NCBI GenBank assembly: GCA_002633005.1
Contig: NMRA01000279.1
Location: 259,233-323,232 of the forward strand
Source of the DNA: Phoronis australis
Lineage: Eukaryota; Animalia; Phoronida
DNA: 64,000 bases
Direction: 5' to 3'
The translations under genes and the position numbers were made by a program. Below, in pieces: positions 25,201 through 37,300 of this stretch; positions within the stretch are counted from its first letter, which is position 1, and each line of letters opens with the position of its first letter. The notes below the pieces were generated by a model. That model was not told the DNA's origin and did not search any database. It saw only the letters and a program-made list of their open reading frames with translations.

Positions 25201-28200
25201 CATTTGAAGGGGCAAGGATTTTTGTTACGCCCTGTACAAGGCTTTCTTCTTTTGCCAACCTCTAATCAGTTCTTGTTTAGTAACCTGGGAATTTTGCCGG
25301 TCGCCTTTGATGAATTGATTCTGTGCTAAGCGCCAAGCCTTGATGAGTATAATGCAACTCGTCTGAAGTGGCTACCATCAGATTACAACATTACTTTCTA
25401 TGGTTCATTTCTTGAGCTTTTAGAAAGAGCCGTGATAAAGTCGATGCAATGACTTTAGTTCCATGGGTTGGCCACTAGGCAGTGCCTCATACAGTTTACA
25501 TATCAACCAAATATTTAAACATAGCTAGCTGCTTTAAGTGTCCCAGCTCTCAACTCACTCAAAGCAGGTGGTCCGGCCCCGCACATCCTTTCTAGGACAC
25601 ATGTGTTTTGGTTTATCTCCTTTACCAAGAAGTTCCTGTTGGGTTTTTGCCAACTTTTTCTCCAATTTCTTAATTTTCTTCAGTTTTCTAGAAGAAGAAT
25701 GCCAGTGAATTAAGTCTAGATTGAAAAATCTCAAAACTGACCAAATCAAAATGATGTTAAAAGCTGCAGCCGTTACAGACCATGAAAATTTGAGTGAAAC
25801 TGCAGGAAATGCAAGAAGTACACTGTACACTGTACAATGCTAATAACTGCAACTGATCAAAATGATTGACTGAACTAGGTAAGTCAGGAAATAATGTTTA
25901 ATATGGAATACAAAGATTGACTGTTACTCAGCAACAGATCACAAAATAAACTGAACAGTTGACATACATAAACACCATCATTGTACATTGAGGGGAGTTC
26001 GTTACAGTGCTATGAACAATCTCTAAATGTTGCTAAATTAGCAAACAAATTAATCAACGCATGACTCATCACATCCTTGGCATTATTGCGAAAACCTGCC
26101 AATATGAAAGCTACCTGGCACTGTTTGGCTTGAAAATGTTTCCTACCTTTCGGAATCATGAGAGTAATCGGGCTCTACTCCAGAGGTCACACCAATCTGC
26201 TCCGAGACGAATTTCTTGAACAACGGTTTCATGACTCCACTCTTGTGCTTGCCAAGCCCATGAATGGGTTGCTGTATCTTGACCAACAGGTGGCGCTTAT
26301 CATGGCCCGCCACTCCTGACAGTTCACATTTCTCACAGAGGTCGTAGTCAGGGCACTGGCCACACTTGTAGCGCACCCCGTGAATGGGTTGCTCACAATG
26401 GTCGCATAGAATGCCAAAGTGTAAGACGGACGCTGTAAAGACAGGACAAAGGATGACACCAGTGAACAAAGGTAGAACAATTCTTACTTAATATTGTTTC
26501 AGCGAGATTCTACTACACTAAATTTATAAGAACAAAAACTGACAGTAAATCACATCTAACAATTAGGAGCCTGTTAAAGTTATCCAAACAAAGTGACAGA
26601 AATTAAAAAAGTACTTTTAAACTCCTTCAAAAACTAGTCTGTGATGAATTTTTGCCATTTTCAACAGTATTGTATAGGTGCACTATCTACACAATACTTA
26701 TCCAGGCCAGAAACATCATATAAAATAAAGAACAAATTATATATCCCATAAAATCTTGAGAAGCAATTCCCAATTTGCATTCAATGTTGTATAACCAGCT
26801 TGTCTCTTTGACCTACCCGTGTTCCGTTCAGACTCTTCCGCTCTCTTCACGTCTTTGGCCGGCCCAGCAGCGCCCTTCACATGTGATGCAAGCTGTACCT
26901 TGTCCAGGACTTTACATGTGACCTCCAACACCATTTCCTGTTTAAACTGTGCACAAAACAAACACAAAAAGCCTTTATGAACAGGTTAAAGAAATGAGTC
27001 GACATGCTTGACAAACTTTTCTGTTTCAACACATTTACACTGTGTCGAAATAAAGACTTTATTGTACAGATGTTTTCCACACTTTCCACGCTATCAATGC
27101 AGCAAACAAAGGAAGACATATTTAACCATATCTCCCGATTGGACTACATTCTCACCTTTGCCATGTACTCGGTGAACCACAGCGGTGCCTCTTTACTGCA
27201 GTTCTCTTGCCTGTGCTGTTCATTTTCTGGGTGGAGACGCTTGGGTCGGAGGTCGTAGGATTTGCGCAACCTGCCAATGTCCTGTGCCAGCAAAGTGAAA
27301 TAGTCCAGTTTCTTTTTCTTTCGCCTGACGAGGTCAGGGCCATGCAGGCGGATCGGTCGTCCACGGCGACCACTGTCATCACTCCTACAAGAAAAATAAG
27401 ATGCTTAGATAAAACCATGGACATTCATTCATCCCGAAATACTCATAACAAACAAAAATATGAATCTTTTCTTCTGGAAAACTGTTGATCTATTACCGCA
27501 TTGCAGCGACAACTTACTTCCTTCTACTGGAATTCAAATAAATTTTAAAAATGCAAGGCTACACTTCATGTAGCGGGAATGATCCATTACACACTAGTAC
27601 GTGAAAACGCAATTTTTAAAATTTACAAGTTGACACCCAGTAGGAGGAGGTAGGCAATACATCAACAGTTGTGCGAAAGAGAAAATTCATTATATAATAA
27701 GATAATTAGATATGCATCTGTCAACTGATTAGCTGAATACCTTGGTATACCATAGGGTAGTGGTTTGCAAATAAATTCTTCAAGCCCCTTTCGCACCAAT
27801 GTGGTTCTTAGTACAATTTTGAAAACAGGATAAAAACCGAGTGAGAAAAACTGAGCATTACACTATCTGAGTAAGATCCCCCTGAACAGTGTCACTGGGA
27901 GCTACTAGCATGAAAGCCACCTTTATATGTATTGCAACAAAACAATACTGATAAAGATAAAATGGGTAAAAAAGAAACACTACAAAGAAAAATCAAATAA
28001 AAAACAATATAAACAAAATGCCATTCAACGTAAAATCTAACTATATTTAGTTTTATTAAAACAATTACTGATTGTTCAGAAGTAAGGTTTAAAAAAGGGG
28101 AGACGACAGAAAATAAGCCAGGACCCAGTTTGTGAAATAAAGCAAGATTTACAGTGAATTCGTTCGTTTTTAGCCGATCAACGAATTCATAGCATTAATG

Positions 28201-31200
28201 GCAGCATTGTTGAATGCCTGTACCTTGCAGAAATGTGGACAGGATGTGAATATTTGTGCAATTTTTATCCTTGAAAGGACCTTTTAAAATAGTTCAAGTA
28301 GCAGACTTGTTTTATTGCAGCAGTTTTTGCAAAGTGAAACCTTCCTCTTACATCACAGTGTCAGGCTGAACGAGGGTACTGCACGTCACAACAAAAGTTA
28401 CAAAATAACCCCTACTATTTTTTTTCTGAAATACTCCTTGCAGGCATTTTTAATGTAAATTTTATTCAGAAATTCCCTGTACATGTGTCTAGTTTTCCAC
28501 AATTTGCCCACAATTGCATTTGTCAACAGTACATCAGTTTTTGCAAGTACTGTTTGTGAAGACAATGGGTGCAAACAAGAGTAAGAGGACATACCTGTTT
28601 CCCTCCCTGTCTTCCGGACAGTCACTACTGGCTAGGTCCTCCTCGCTCTCTCGTTCTTCAGTGATGACCACTGGCTTGACCGTTTCCGGAGGAGCCGTAG
28701 GAAACACTGGTATAGCATCCGTGGTCACAGTGCTGTCGCCATGACAAGAAAGATCATGGTGAATACGAGGGTTGGGACAGGCACACCGACTTGTCACCTT
28801 TAGTCGGAGGGTATTGTTGTTCTTTTTGGCTACCTGTAAATCACAGTAAAAGAAGAGTTGTCTTACAAATAAAATAATGAACAACCAGTCTAACATCACG
28901 GGCATGATTCCCGATACACACATCCAGACAAACTTTGCTTTATATAACGAAACTGAATTAAATGCCCATTTAAATGACAACCCAAAATGTGGCCTAACTG
29001 AGTGTGTAGTTGATGGAACGTCATGACCCACGCGCACAACTACAACATCTCGTGATCGGACTTCTGACGTGAACAATGGTAAGCCAGGACCAAGTTAGAT
29101 CAACAGGTAGTTTTAACAAATACTGCGGAGAATTACTGACCTCGATGGCCTCTGTTAATTCTTCTTGGCTCGAAAGTGAGATCTGTAAAAAGAAATTGTA
29201 GAACTGTAGTATAGTTAAGCAGAAGTATTGAAGACTGTATCAGCCCAAGTTACAGGGCTCAAATGACATAACACAGGGTTGGGGGAGGGCGGAGAGAGGG
29301 AGACTTCATTCACATAACATAGCACAACATAATCTGGACATAAAAAAAAACGGGAACTTCCTACAATTTTACTGAAATGTCAATAACAAAAAATAGTAAA
29401 TGGATGCTGCAAAATCAAACCAATTTCAGACAAAAATAATTTCTAAAAACGACCCTTTTGACACATCCAGGGCATTGTGAACGGTCAAAATTTTTCAAAA
29501 CTTTGTCTGACGACAGTTGTGGAAAAAAATTCAACAAGGAAATGAATTTAACTCTGTGCTACATACCCAGCATGGAAAAAGTGATGAAATAAAATTTCCC
29601 TAGTCGGCCATATTGTGTCCTAATTGGGAGAGATTTTACTGTAACTTGATTTGATCAGCCAATATTTTCACAAATTGACAACAGAAGAGTAATCATTAAT
29701 ATTATAGTTATTCTTTAAATTAGAGTAGTCATGACTAGAGGGCAACCTACCATGTCTCCTTCCTCATCAACATATTTTGTATCTAGGTCATCACAGTTGA
29801 ACTGAAGGTGGAGCTAAAACAGAAATGGGAATAGATAAGCCCTTCAGGCATACGATTTATCAAACAGTAACATCTACAGTAGGCTCATACAAGCGTTAGC
29901 CATCTTTCAGAGTACAAAGCTCACTTGAAACACAATGCTTTGTGACTTTTTCACAGAACTCTCAAGTTCCCCCAATGTAACAATTATTGACTGACAACTG
30001 TTGACTGTTGTTGAGTTTAAAACTTCAAAACTATAATAAGCCATTAAGCCACTCGAAAAAGCATCTCTAAACTGCATATCACATTAAATTTATCTCTATT
30101 TTGTTAAATCAACGAGGCTTTACAGCAGAAATTTGAAGAGTCATTATTCATAATTAACATGATTTATGTACAGAAGTGTTAAAACCTAAAATTAACATAG
30201 TTTACAATGGATCCTCATTGTAACTTCATTATTTAGTACCTTAAGCAAAGTAATATGTCTTTCAAAACAAAAATAATAGTCTTTAGCCAAATATTTTCTT
30301 ACTGGAAGACTTATACCCAAACGCACAGTAAAATAATGAAGTTCTACATCAAACAAATTTGCAATACAGGAAATGAGCTGCGATTTTACAGGAAATGAGC
30401 TGCGATTTTACAGGAAATGAGCTGCGATTTTACTGTGGAAAAATTGGCTTGTATGTGTTGAGTTTGAGAAACATTGTTCATATGAACACCGCAGAGATCT
30501 TTTAGAGTTTAGAGTGTTCAGCTGGGCTTTCAAATCTGGAGAGATATTTATACCAAGCCATAATAACAAATGACACACATATTTATGACAAGAGCTAAAA
30601 TTGTGTCCCATGCCTACGCCTATTGAAACAGGACTAAAACATGACAAATATTAACTTCATTCAGCAAAAGTCTACCCAACTTATACTGTACCCTTCTCTG
30701 GTTCCAGGGATGTCATGAAAAACACAACTGTACAGTGCCTATAGATGGCACAGTTTCCAAAGGTCCTTGTTGTTAGCTGAAGTTAGATTTTTGGTTGCCA
30801 CCTGGTGTCACTGAATTTGCTAATTTCTTAGAATTACGGATGTTCAAGTATTTATACTGAGCAGAGTATATACAGACAGAAATTAAAAACTAACTAAAAT
30901 AGTTATTTCTCATCCCTTTTCATACTAATTTCTTATTGACATCCAAAATATATAACATATATCAAAACCGTGGAAATACAATCCAAAAGTTAATGGCCCT
31001 CATCAAAAGCAGGCCACCTAAACTACCTTCGTTGATAGGCTACATTCACTGCCATCCACCCCCCTCCCCATGCTGATACAAAATTCACGTAAAGCTGATG
31101 AGCACAACTAAACAGGTGATGTGAAAATTCTACGTCTATGTGAAGATATATTTTGACATAGCTTTCACCTCACTATAGCTCTGCCTCTGGCCTGGTGCTG

Positions 31201-31499
31201 CACAAACACAAAACAACGGACACGCATTGTCCTACCTGCGCAGTGCGCACATAAGCAAAACTTTATGAGCATGAGCCTTAATACGCGAAACATTTGAGTG
31301 AACAACTTTCCTCGCAAAAACGCATTATTTAGGATACAGGCGGATAGGCCTAACTACGTGCAAATTGGAGTATGTTACGCCATTTTCTTACCACAAGCTC
31401 GAAATCAGCCCAGCTGATGTCGAAAGGAATTTGAAGAACGTCTGAAAACTCGTCACTTCCAACAAAATCCACATTAACTACAATTCCACGACCATCCAT
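13241..31499 (-). CDS. NBR1: Next to BRCA1 gene 1 protein, selective autophagy receptor (PB1-ZZ-coiled coil-FW-LIR-amphipathic helix-UBA)
   Basis: Exons in transcription order: 31392-31499, 29751-29813, 29141-29182, 28595-28833, 27156-27384, 26817-26946, 26147-26432, 25559-25687, 21849-21978, 21424-21538, 20705-20847, 19989-20259, 19249-19395, 18148-18312, 17503-17672, 16468-16682, 16155-16272, 13241-13504 (2964 nt, about 987 aa, phase-compatible; donors at 26817 and 20705 are less certain). Motifs: PB1 (ISWADFE..KYVDEEGDMISLSSQEELTEAI), APLWFTEYMAKFKQE, ZZ (CDHC..RYKCGQCPDYDLCEKC), FW (FIKCW..KW..LLWG..YQSHWRL..FGHRLWCHVIV), LIR (DSDYYVVPLPDCFD), UBA (LIDMGFADRAKNQQLL..DNDWHQIRH*). Duplicate copies of exons 7-8 (23797-24082, 23209-23337) and 15-17 (15363-15535, ~14329-14543, ~14022-14139) lie in the N-joined duplications. 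Confidence 0.95.
13519..17797. repeat. Tandem near-identical duplication (13519-15660 vs 15662-17797) joined by a single N, containing NBR1 exons 15-17 twice
   Basis: Both copies start GTTAGAGTGAAC and end CCAGTGGACT, with N at 15661. Divergence is a few percent. Confidence 0.92.
13732..13820. repeat. 21-bp minisatellite (CTACAGGTGGTATGTCTATCT), about 4 units; allelic copy at about 15860-15948
   Basis: Tandem units are directly visible in the last NBR1 intron. Confidence 0.85.
18510..18810 (+). mobile_element. Penelope-like retroelement remnant (GIY-YIG endonuclease C-terminus), degenerate
   Basis: Translates, with a frameshift and stops, to QLTRIKEHSKLDKPTRISEH.../MDNAQVLAREEHWFSRKVKEAVFIRN*QPTIN*DQGLQF. 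This is the typical PLE GIY-YIG tail (RxxEH...KEAxxI...LNRDxG). A decayed hammerhead-like tail TTGAAAAAGACCCTTAGATGAGGGTAGCGAA follows. Confidence 0.75.
21872..26594. repeat. Tandem near-identical duplication (21872-24244 vs 24246-26594) joined by a single N, containing NBR1 ZZ exon, exon 8 and part of the FW exon twice
   Basis: Both copies start TCTGGCCACTGTTGC and end TATCCAAACAAAGT. The N at 24245 cuts through the FW exon of the second copy. Confidence 0.92.
22343..22510 (+). mobile_element. tRNA-derived SINE (same family as 5762-5930); allelic duplicate at about 24713-24880
   Basis: A-box TGGCCTAGTG, B-box GGTTCAAGTC, and a shared body GACCCTTGAGTCAGGTCTC...AAAGCATACAAATGGTTCCAGGTGAT. 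Confidence 0.7.
30365..30433. repeat. Perfect ~21-bp tandem repeat (TACAGGAAATGAGCTGCGATT-type), 3 units
   Basis: Directly visible in NBR1 intron 1. Confidence 0.9.
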
Positions 31500-32712
31500 G
31501 ACTCTTTCGTGAAAATTACTACTCTCTGTAACTAAAATTTGAAGAGCGAATTGTTGATATTCCCGAAAATTCTTCAACTAAGAAATGACATCACGCACTG
31601 CAAACTGCCTGTGTTTACTATTTTGCCTCCTCACTCTATCAATTATTTAGTAGTGTAGTGCGCGGGATTAAAGAGAAAAAAAATATTTACCGAGCCTTCG
31701 CATTAGGTGACATCTCAATGACATGAATTATAAAATGTTTTATTGATTACATTTTATAAACGTTGAAAACGTAAAGTCTTTGAGAAAATACAATTTTCAA
31801 CTTAAATGCAATTGTCGTATGCGCAGTAATACACGACGTCATTGAACATTGCAAAACAACGATGATGAAAATAATGACTAAACTTCATAGGACTTGAACC
31901 GTCTGTGATGATGTGCTATTTCAACGTCCAGATCAAAGCCTCATTTACCTTTTCTTAAGTTCCACCAAAACCATTTTATAGCCATATAAAGATTATACTT
32001 GCTGAAGTAAAGGCAGATTTCGTTTTAGCTCTGGGGTTGGTTTACCAACTAAATTCATTGTTTAACTTTTCTGAAATTTTGATATGTTTCTTCTACCCTT
32101 TCCACTATTTCAACACACCTTAATCTGAAATAAATTTCATAACCCATAACTTCTAAATTATCAACCAATCTCTGTAAATCTAAATCTTAAAATTTAGGTA
32201 ATTAAAGATTTTTAGGTCGGACACAACGTTACAGTGCCATCACACAACAGCAGTAATTTGCATTGTTTTCAGTAGACCTATGTTTGTGAAATCATAGATA
32301 TTAGTAAGTCTATGGTGAAATAGGCCTACGTCTCTATTTGGTGATTTGGTTCACCGTTCTTGGCGAACTGTAGCGGCGACGGACTGTTTAGTCAAACCCC
32401 AGCAACCAAAGAAAAATGTATCCTCAACTGCAAAGGCTAAAGTAGGTCTATTGTTTACTGATGCATTTCCCTTTTCTATACTTCAATACTTGTGCCATGC
32501 ATAAAACATGTTTGACTTTGACAGAAAGTCTCTTCGGCTGTCTTCTTCTAAGTTTGTATTTTGCTAATTTAACCATATGCGCAACGCGCTCTAACGCGAG
32601 TTGACAGTCCCTATCTATAGTCTATGATTTAACAACGTTTACAGCGTGGAGCCTGTTTGCCGCTTATTTCGATCTTAAGACATACTTGGTATACACTATC
32701 ACTATAACTATA

Positions 32713-33221
32713 AGTAAAGAAGGGAGTACTTTGTATCCCGACCATATTTCAAAGATGACCTGGACTCTGAAAAGGTTTGCATTCTTGCCACTAGGTGATG
32801 CCTGTGATTACCTACGATTGGGGTCAGGCAATGAACAATCCCGATCGAAGACCGAGCAGCAGCCAATCACAGCGATTGACACGTGTATTGTTGGCCAAGT
32901 ATTACATAAGTCCAATTATTACTGTAATAATTCTTGATTTGTTCCAGCAATAATTCTTTAGCCAATCAGAAACCAGGAATAATTACTCTAATTATAACAT
33001 TTATTTCAGTAATAAATATTTACTATGGTAATTATTGATGGCTTTTGGTTGGCTAAAGAATTATTGCTGGAGTAAATCGCAAATTATTACAGTAATGAAT
33101 AGGACTTATGTCGCACTTGGCCTAAGATACACGTGTATCTCGTAATGCCGTGTTTGCAAACCTCATCAGACTTCTGGCGCATTTATGTATCTTAATTTGT
33201 AATGTACTCCCTTCTTTACTG
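32713..33221. mobile_element. Foldback MITE with 17-bp TIRs and a ~260-bp internal imperfect palindrome
   Basis: AGTAAAGAAGGGAGTAC (32713-32729) pairs with GTACTCCCTTCTTTACT (33204-33220). Internal arms run ACACGTGTATTGTTGGCCAAG...CTTGGCCTAAGATACACGTGT (about 32879-33135). A 31-bp tandem duplication of the right end follows (33210-33271). Confidence 0.75.
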
Positions 33222-34353
33222 GACTAGTGTACTTCTTGAACCTTCTTTACTGGACTAGCGTACTTCTTGAACCGGGGTCTTAACTGTTTGGCCAAGCAAA
33301 TACCTAGATTAGAAACAGATGTTTAGAGATGATGTGCCCGTCACTATTATGACATAATTTGGGCCTGCAAATAGGACTAGAAATTCATGCAAACTGTTCG
33401 GTCAAGAGTCAATTTTCTATTGCCTATTGGCAAGCGATTTGGAGAGATTTAATTTAACTGAACCTGTATATAAGTCACGCGTCCCAACATTCCCCTCCCT
33501 TTTATGCTACATTCGCGTTCCTTTTTAAGAACTGACAAGAATTACGGTAACACAGTTTGATGTGTGCAAGTGTGGACTGTCTACGAACGGATAACTACAA
33601 TGTTAAATATTATACTGTTGTGATATCTGCTATTACTTGGTAATTTTTATTTTATCTTTCATTGCTTGTTGTTATTCACATAATGGTGTAATCCATGTGT
33701 ATATGTTGCGCATGAACTTGGAATGCTGCTTAATTTTAAGATCCCATATGCGTGGACTTGGAATTACACAATTCATTAAAGCAATCATGTGAAATTTCTG
33801 TTCAGTTTAAAGAGTTTTTGTGATTATTGGCCTCACAATCACACATTGTCTCCTTTACCGGAACTTGTGTCACAGAATCAGACAGATCATGCGAATGGTT
33901 AATTCGCAGTTATTCGTTGGTGGATAAGATCATCAATAATTGAAAAGTCGATAAAGATTGGTTGAAATTAATGTTATTTCATTGAAGTGTAATTTACTTT
34001 TGTGCAGTGAAGCCATGAATGTGATTATTTGAGTGAACGTGCCAGTTTCGTCGTGTATTCCAAAGTTTCCGCATTGCATAATGTGATCTTGAGATTAAGC
34101 AGGATTCCAAGTTCATGCACAGGATATGCACTACAGACTGTTAAGATCTATTCCTGGCGGCTTTGTACCATTCCGATACTACCATTGTTCGTTGCTAGCC
34201 ACGGGTTACTCAGCATTTTACTTTCTGAAGAAGGGCGAGTACGCTCGGAAGCGGGGATTCTGATTTATGTGTACTGTCACTACCATATGTTTCACTGCAT
34301 ATTTTTGTTTTGATAACTTTTAAAGTGAAGGTAAATTATTTTAGATCATAAAA

Positions 34354-37300
34354 ATGGATGGGCATAAAGAGGAGGCTGGGGACAGTGGCCTTGACCTTGG
34401 CCCATCTTCAGCACTTGAGGAGACGGACAAAGTTGAAATCAGACAAGGTGAGACATGTGCATGTATGGATCTTTAGCTGATGGCGAGCATAGGGCAGAGA
34501 GCATTTCGCTCCGGTTGAATTGTCAGTGTTAAATTCTTAACCGAAATGCTTTGGGGTTGAACAACATTACCTCGCTCATCTGTTTGTGAATTATTGTCGA
34601 ATTAGCCAGCAACTGAAATGGTAGGCAATTCGTAAATGCATCATTTTCGAATCCGCAATTTTAGGGTTGGGCAAGCCCAATGAAATCTGAATCATTTTTT
34701 AAGTCTGATAGTTACGATGTTCTTGTTGGTAATAGAAATAGAATTCGGCCACGGTAAGGAAATTTATTATGACACTGATTTTATGAGAGGAAAAGACCTA
34801 ATTCAATTTTCCTCTCATAAAGTCATTTTTAGCAAGCTATCTGAGACAAAATGCAGCTTAAAGCTTAATGGAGTAGAAAGTTCACTAAATATATAAATGA
34901 TGGAACGTATGCTGGAAGCCATTGTAGAAGTTTAACACTGCCTTGTTGTATAGAACATGAAGATCCAAACATTACACGTAGTAGTGGAAGAAGTGAATTT
35001 CACTAGAGAGTTGGTAATTGCTTCGTTGTAAATAATTTTAATTATTTAATTTTAAAAGTCCTTGAATGTTATCATTATAATGTTATGCATATTACAACAT
35101 CAAAGCTTTTCAAGTGCATTCAAGTTCTGTTTAATTGAAAGGTATTAAGATTTAATTTAATACAAAAAACTCATGGAAAACGCACAATTTAACTAAAAAA
35201 AATGGGATAGTGCTTGTACTCCACATAAGTCTAAAAATTTTCCACTTTTGTTCTAAGTTTTTAATCGGTTCACACAAAGCTAATTGTTCTATAAATAGTT
35301 TCCTTCATGTGCTATAAATTCAGTGTCCTTGTCTGTTCTTTTCAGCTCCTTTTCCTCAGAGAACCATGAGTGGTGAGGATCTCTCTTCCAATGCAACAGG
35401 GCATGATGGTAACGTCTCCCGACCATTATATGTAACACGGAGCATGCCTTCACTTGTTCACCTAGGCACAAGGTCTTCTGGCCTACCGTGTACTAACCTT
35501 CCTCGTACAACATCCTGGCAATTTGTGTTGCAGCGTGTTACTAGTTAGTATTAGTTATGCAGTCCGCACCAAGTAATTAGTTGTTTTGAGTGTTGAGTAT
35601 TCAGTCAGTGTCAGGAAGGACTGCTCAGCTTTGACATTTGCGGCCATATTGTTTCAAGTACCTGCTGCTGCTAGGGACATAAGGCATGGGTTTGTTATGT
35701 TATGGCTTGTAAACCTCTCAAAAATTTGGTAAACGTTTTCATTAATTTTTGTCAGTATTTTTGAACTTATCAAAAGTTCATTTATTCCTCTTTCAACAAT
35801 ACCAAATGCCAATATCCATAATTTTTCAGATGTTAACGAGCCTGTTTTTAAATTGTGCAAAGTGCAAAAGTAGAAGTTGTAAATTTGTGTCTGTTGCTTG
35901 TCATTAACGTTCATCTCTTGATTCTTTCGACTAAAATCTCAACACTTTATTCAAGACTCTGTTACAGCATTGAAGTCTATCAGTTGTCAACAGACTCAGT
36001 GGGTGTGGCTATGATTGTCAAGGCTCCACCCACAGTAATACACCTGAGTCCCATTTTAAAAAAAATCCTAGTCAAGAGGGCTATACGTACATTATTGTAA
36101 AACGCGATGCTGCATTTTTTATGAGCAGCGAAAACGCTGCACCATTGCCAGTCCTTGCTTATGAAACCGTCTAAATTTGAAATTTTTCTGGACTTTTACA
36201 TGACTATTGAACAGATGAAACTTATGTGGAAGATTCGTGCGTAAGTCGTTGCCGTCAGAAATATATGTAAATTAAAGGTGAATTTGTTCTGTTTTTTTCC
36301 TTGTGCGTGATGCATGCCAGTCTAACATGTTCAGTTTACTTAGTCCTGAATCAGCTACTGATTGGTGGAGGTTATGTGAAATTTGTGTCTCGTGATACAT
36401 TATCCTTCCTCTTGAAAAATGAAATAACAGCACAGCTCAAGTGTAAGGGAGCGCCATCTGGTGGAGGCTGATGTGTGACTACTGGCTTTATTGAAGCCTT
36501 GGGACTGCAATTGTTGTACCAGTGTATAACTGTGTGTAAATGTGTAACTGTGTTTAACTCTGTGTAACTCTGTGTAACTATGTCTATCAGTTCTTGTCTT
36601 CACCGCATGGATAATGTTATTCACTTTTTGTTAACAATTCCACTGTGATTATGCATAATTGAAATTTTTTTTTTGTGAAATGATTAAGAAACATTTTTTT
36701 TTTGACATTGACGACATGCTATTTCACCAGGTTTCTCTCATTCAGTGAATGCTTCTCACGTGATCTCACCTGATTTCCCTCATTCAGTGAATGTATCTGA
36801 CATGTAATCTCACCAGATGTCAATCATTCGGTGAATGTCATTCAATCTTAAATTGCACCAATTGAGCACCATTTTCGTGTTATTCAAGAGATGTTGTCTC
36901 TATGGAAGCATCCTCATCTCCATTTCAGGCTTGGACGGGCCAGGTAAAGAAGAAGTAAACTCAGAACCTTTGGCGTGAGTTTCCTTTGCAATTGCCAGTT
37001 ACTTAAGTGAGAGTAGACTCTGCATAAATAATATGGTTCAATTTCAATGGTAGCATGGTTTGTACTGCACAGTTATTACAAGACAATGTTTGGTAAACTT
37101 TCAAACATTTCCAAGAGTGGTTTCCAAGAATTTGAAATGCCTTTTTGATCCTTCAGTGAACCCTCTGCCAGGCCTGAGGATCTGAGCCCTGGAAGAGAGA
37201 CGGAAGGTCACCCCAGAGAGTTGATAGAACCAAGCTCCAATGAGAGGATGGAAGACCATGCAGGGCAGTTTGAAACACAGAGCCCCAGGAGGGGGACGGA

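Noticed and set aside
13519-26594. Mutually exclusive or duplicated exon system in NBR1
   Set aside because: Each duplication is joined by a single N, includes full intron sequence at allele-level divergence, and one breaks mid-exon. This is best explained as an assembly artefact.
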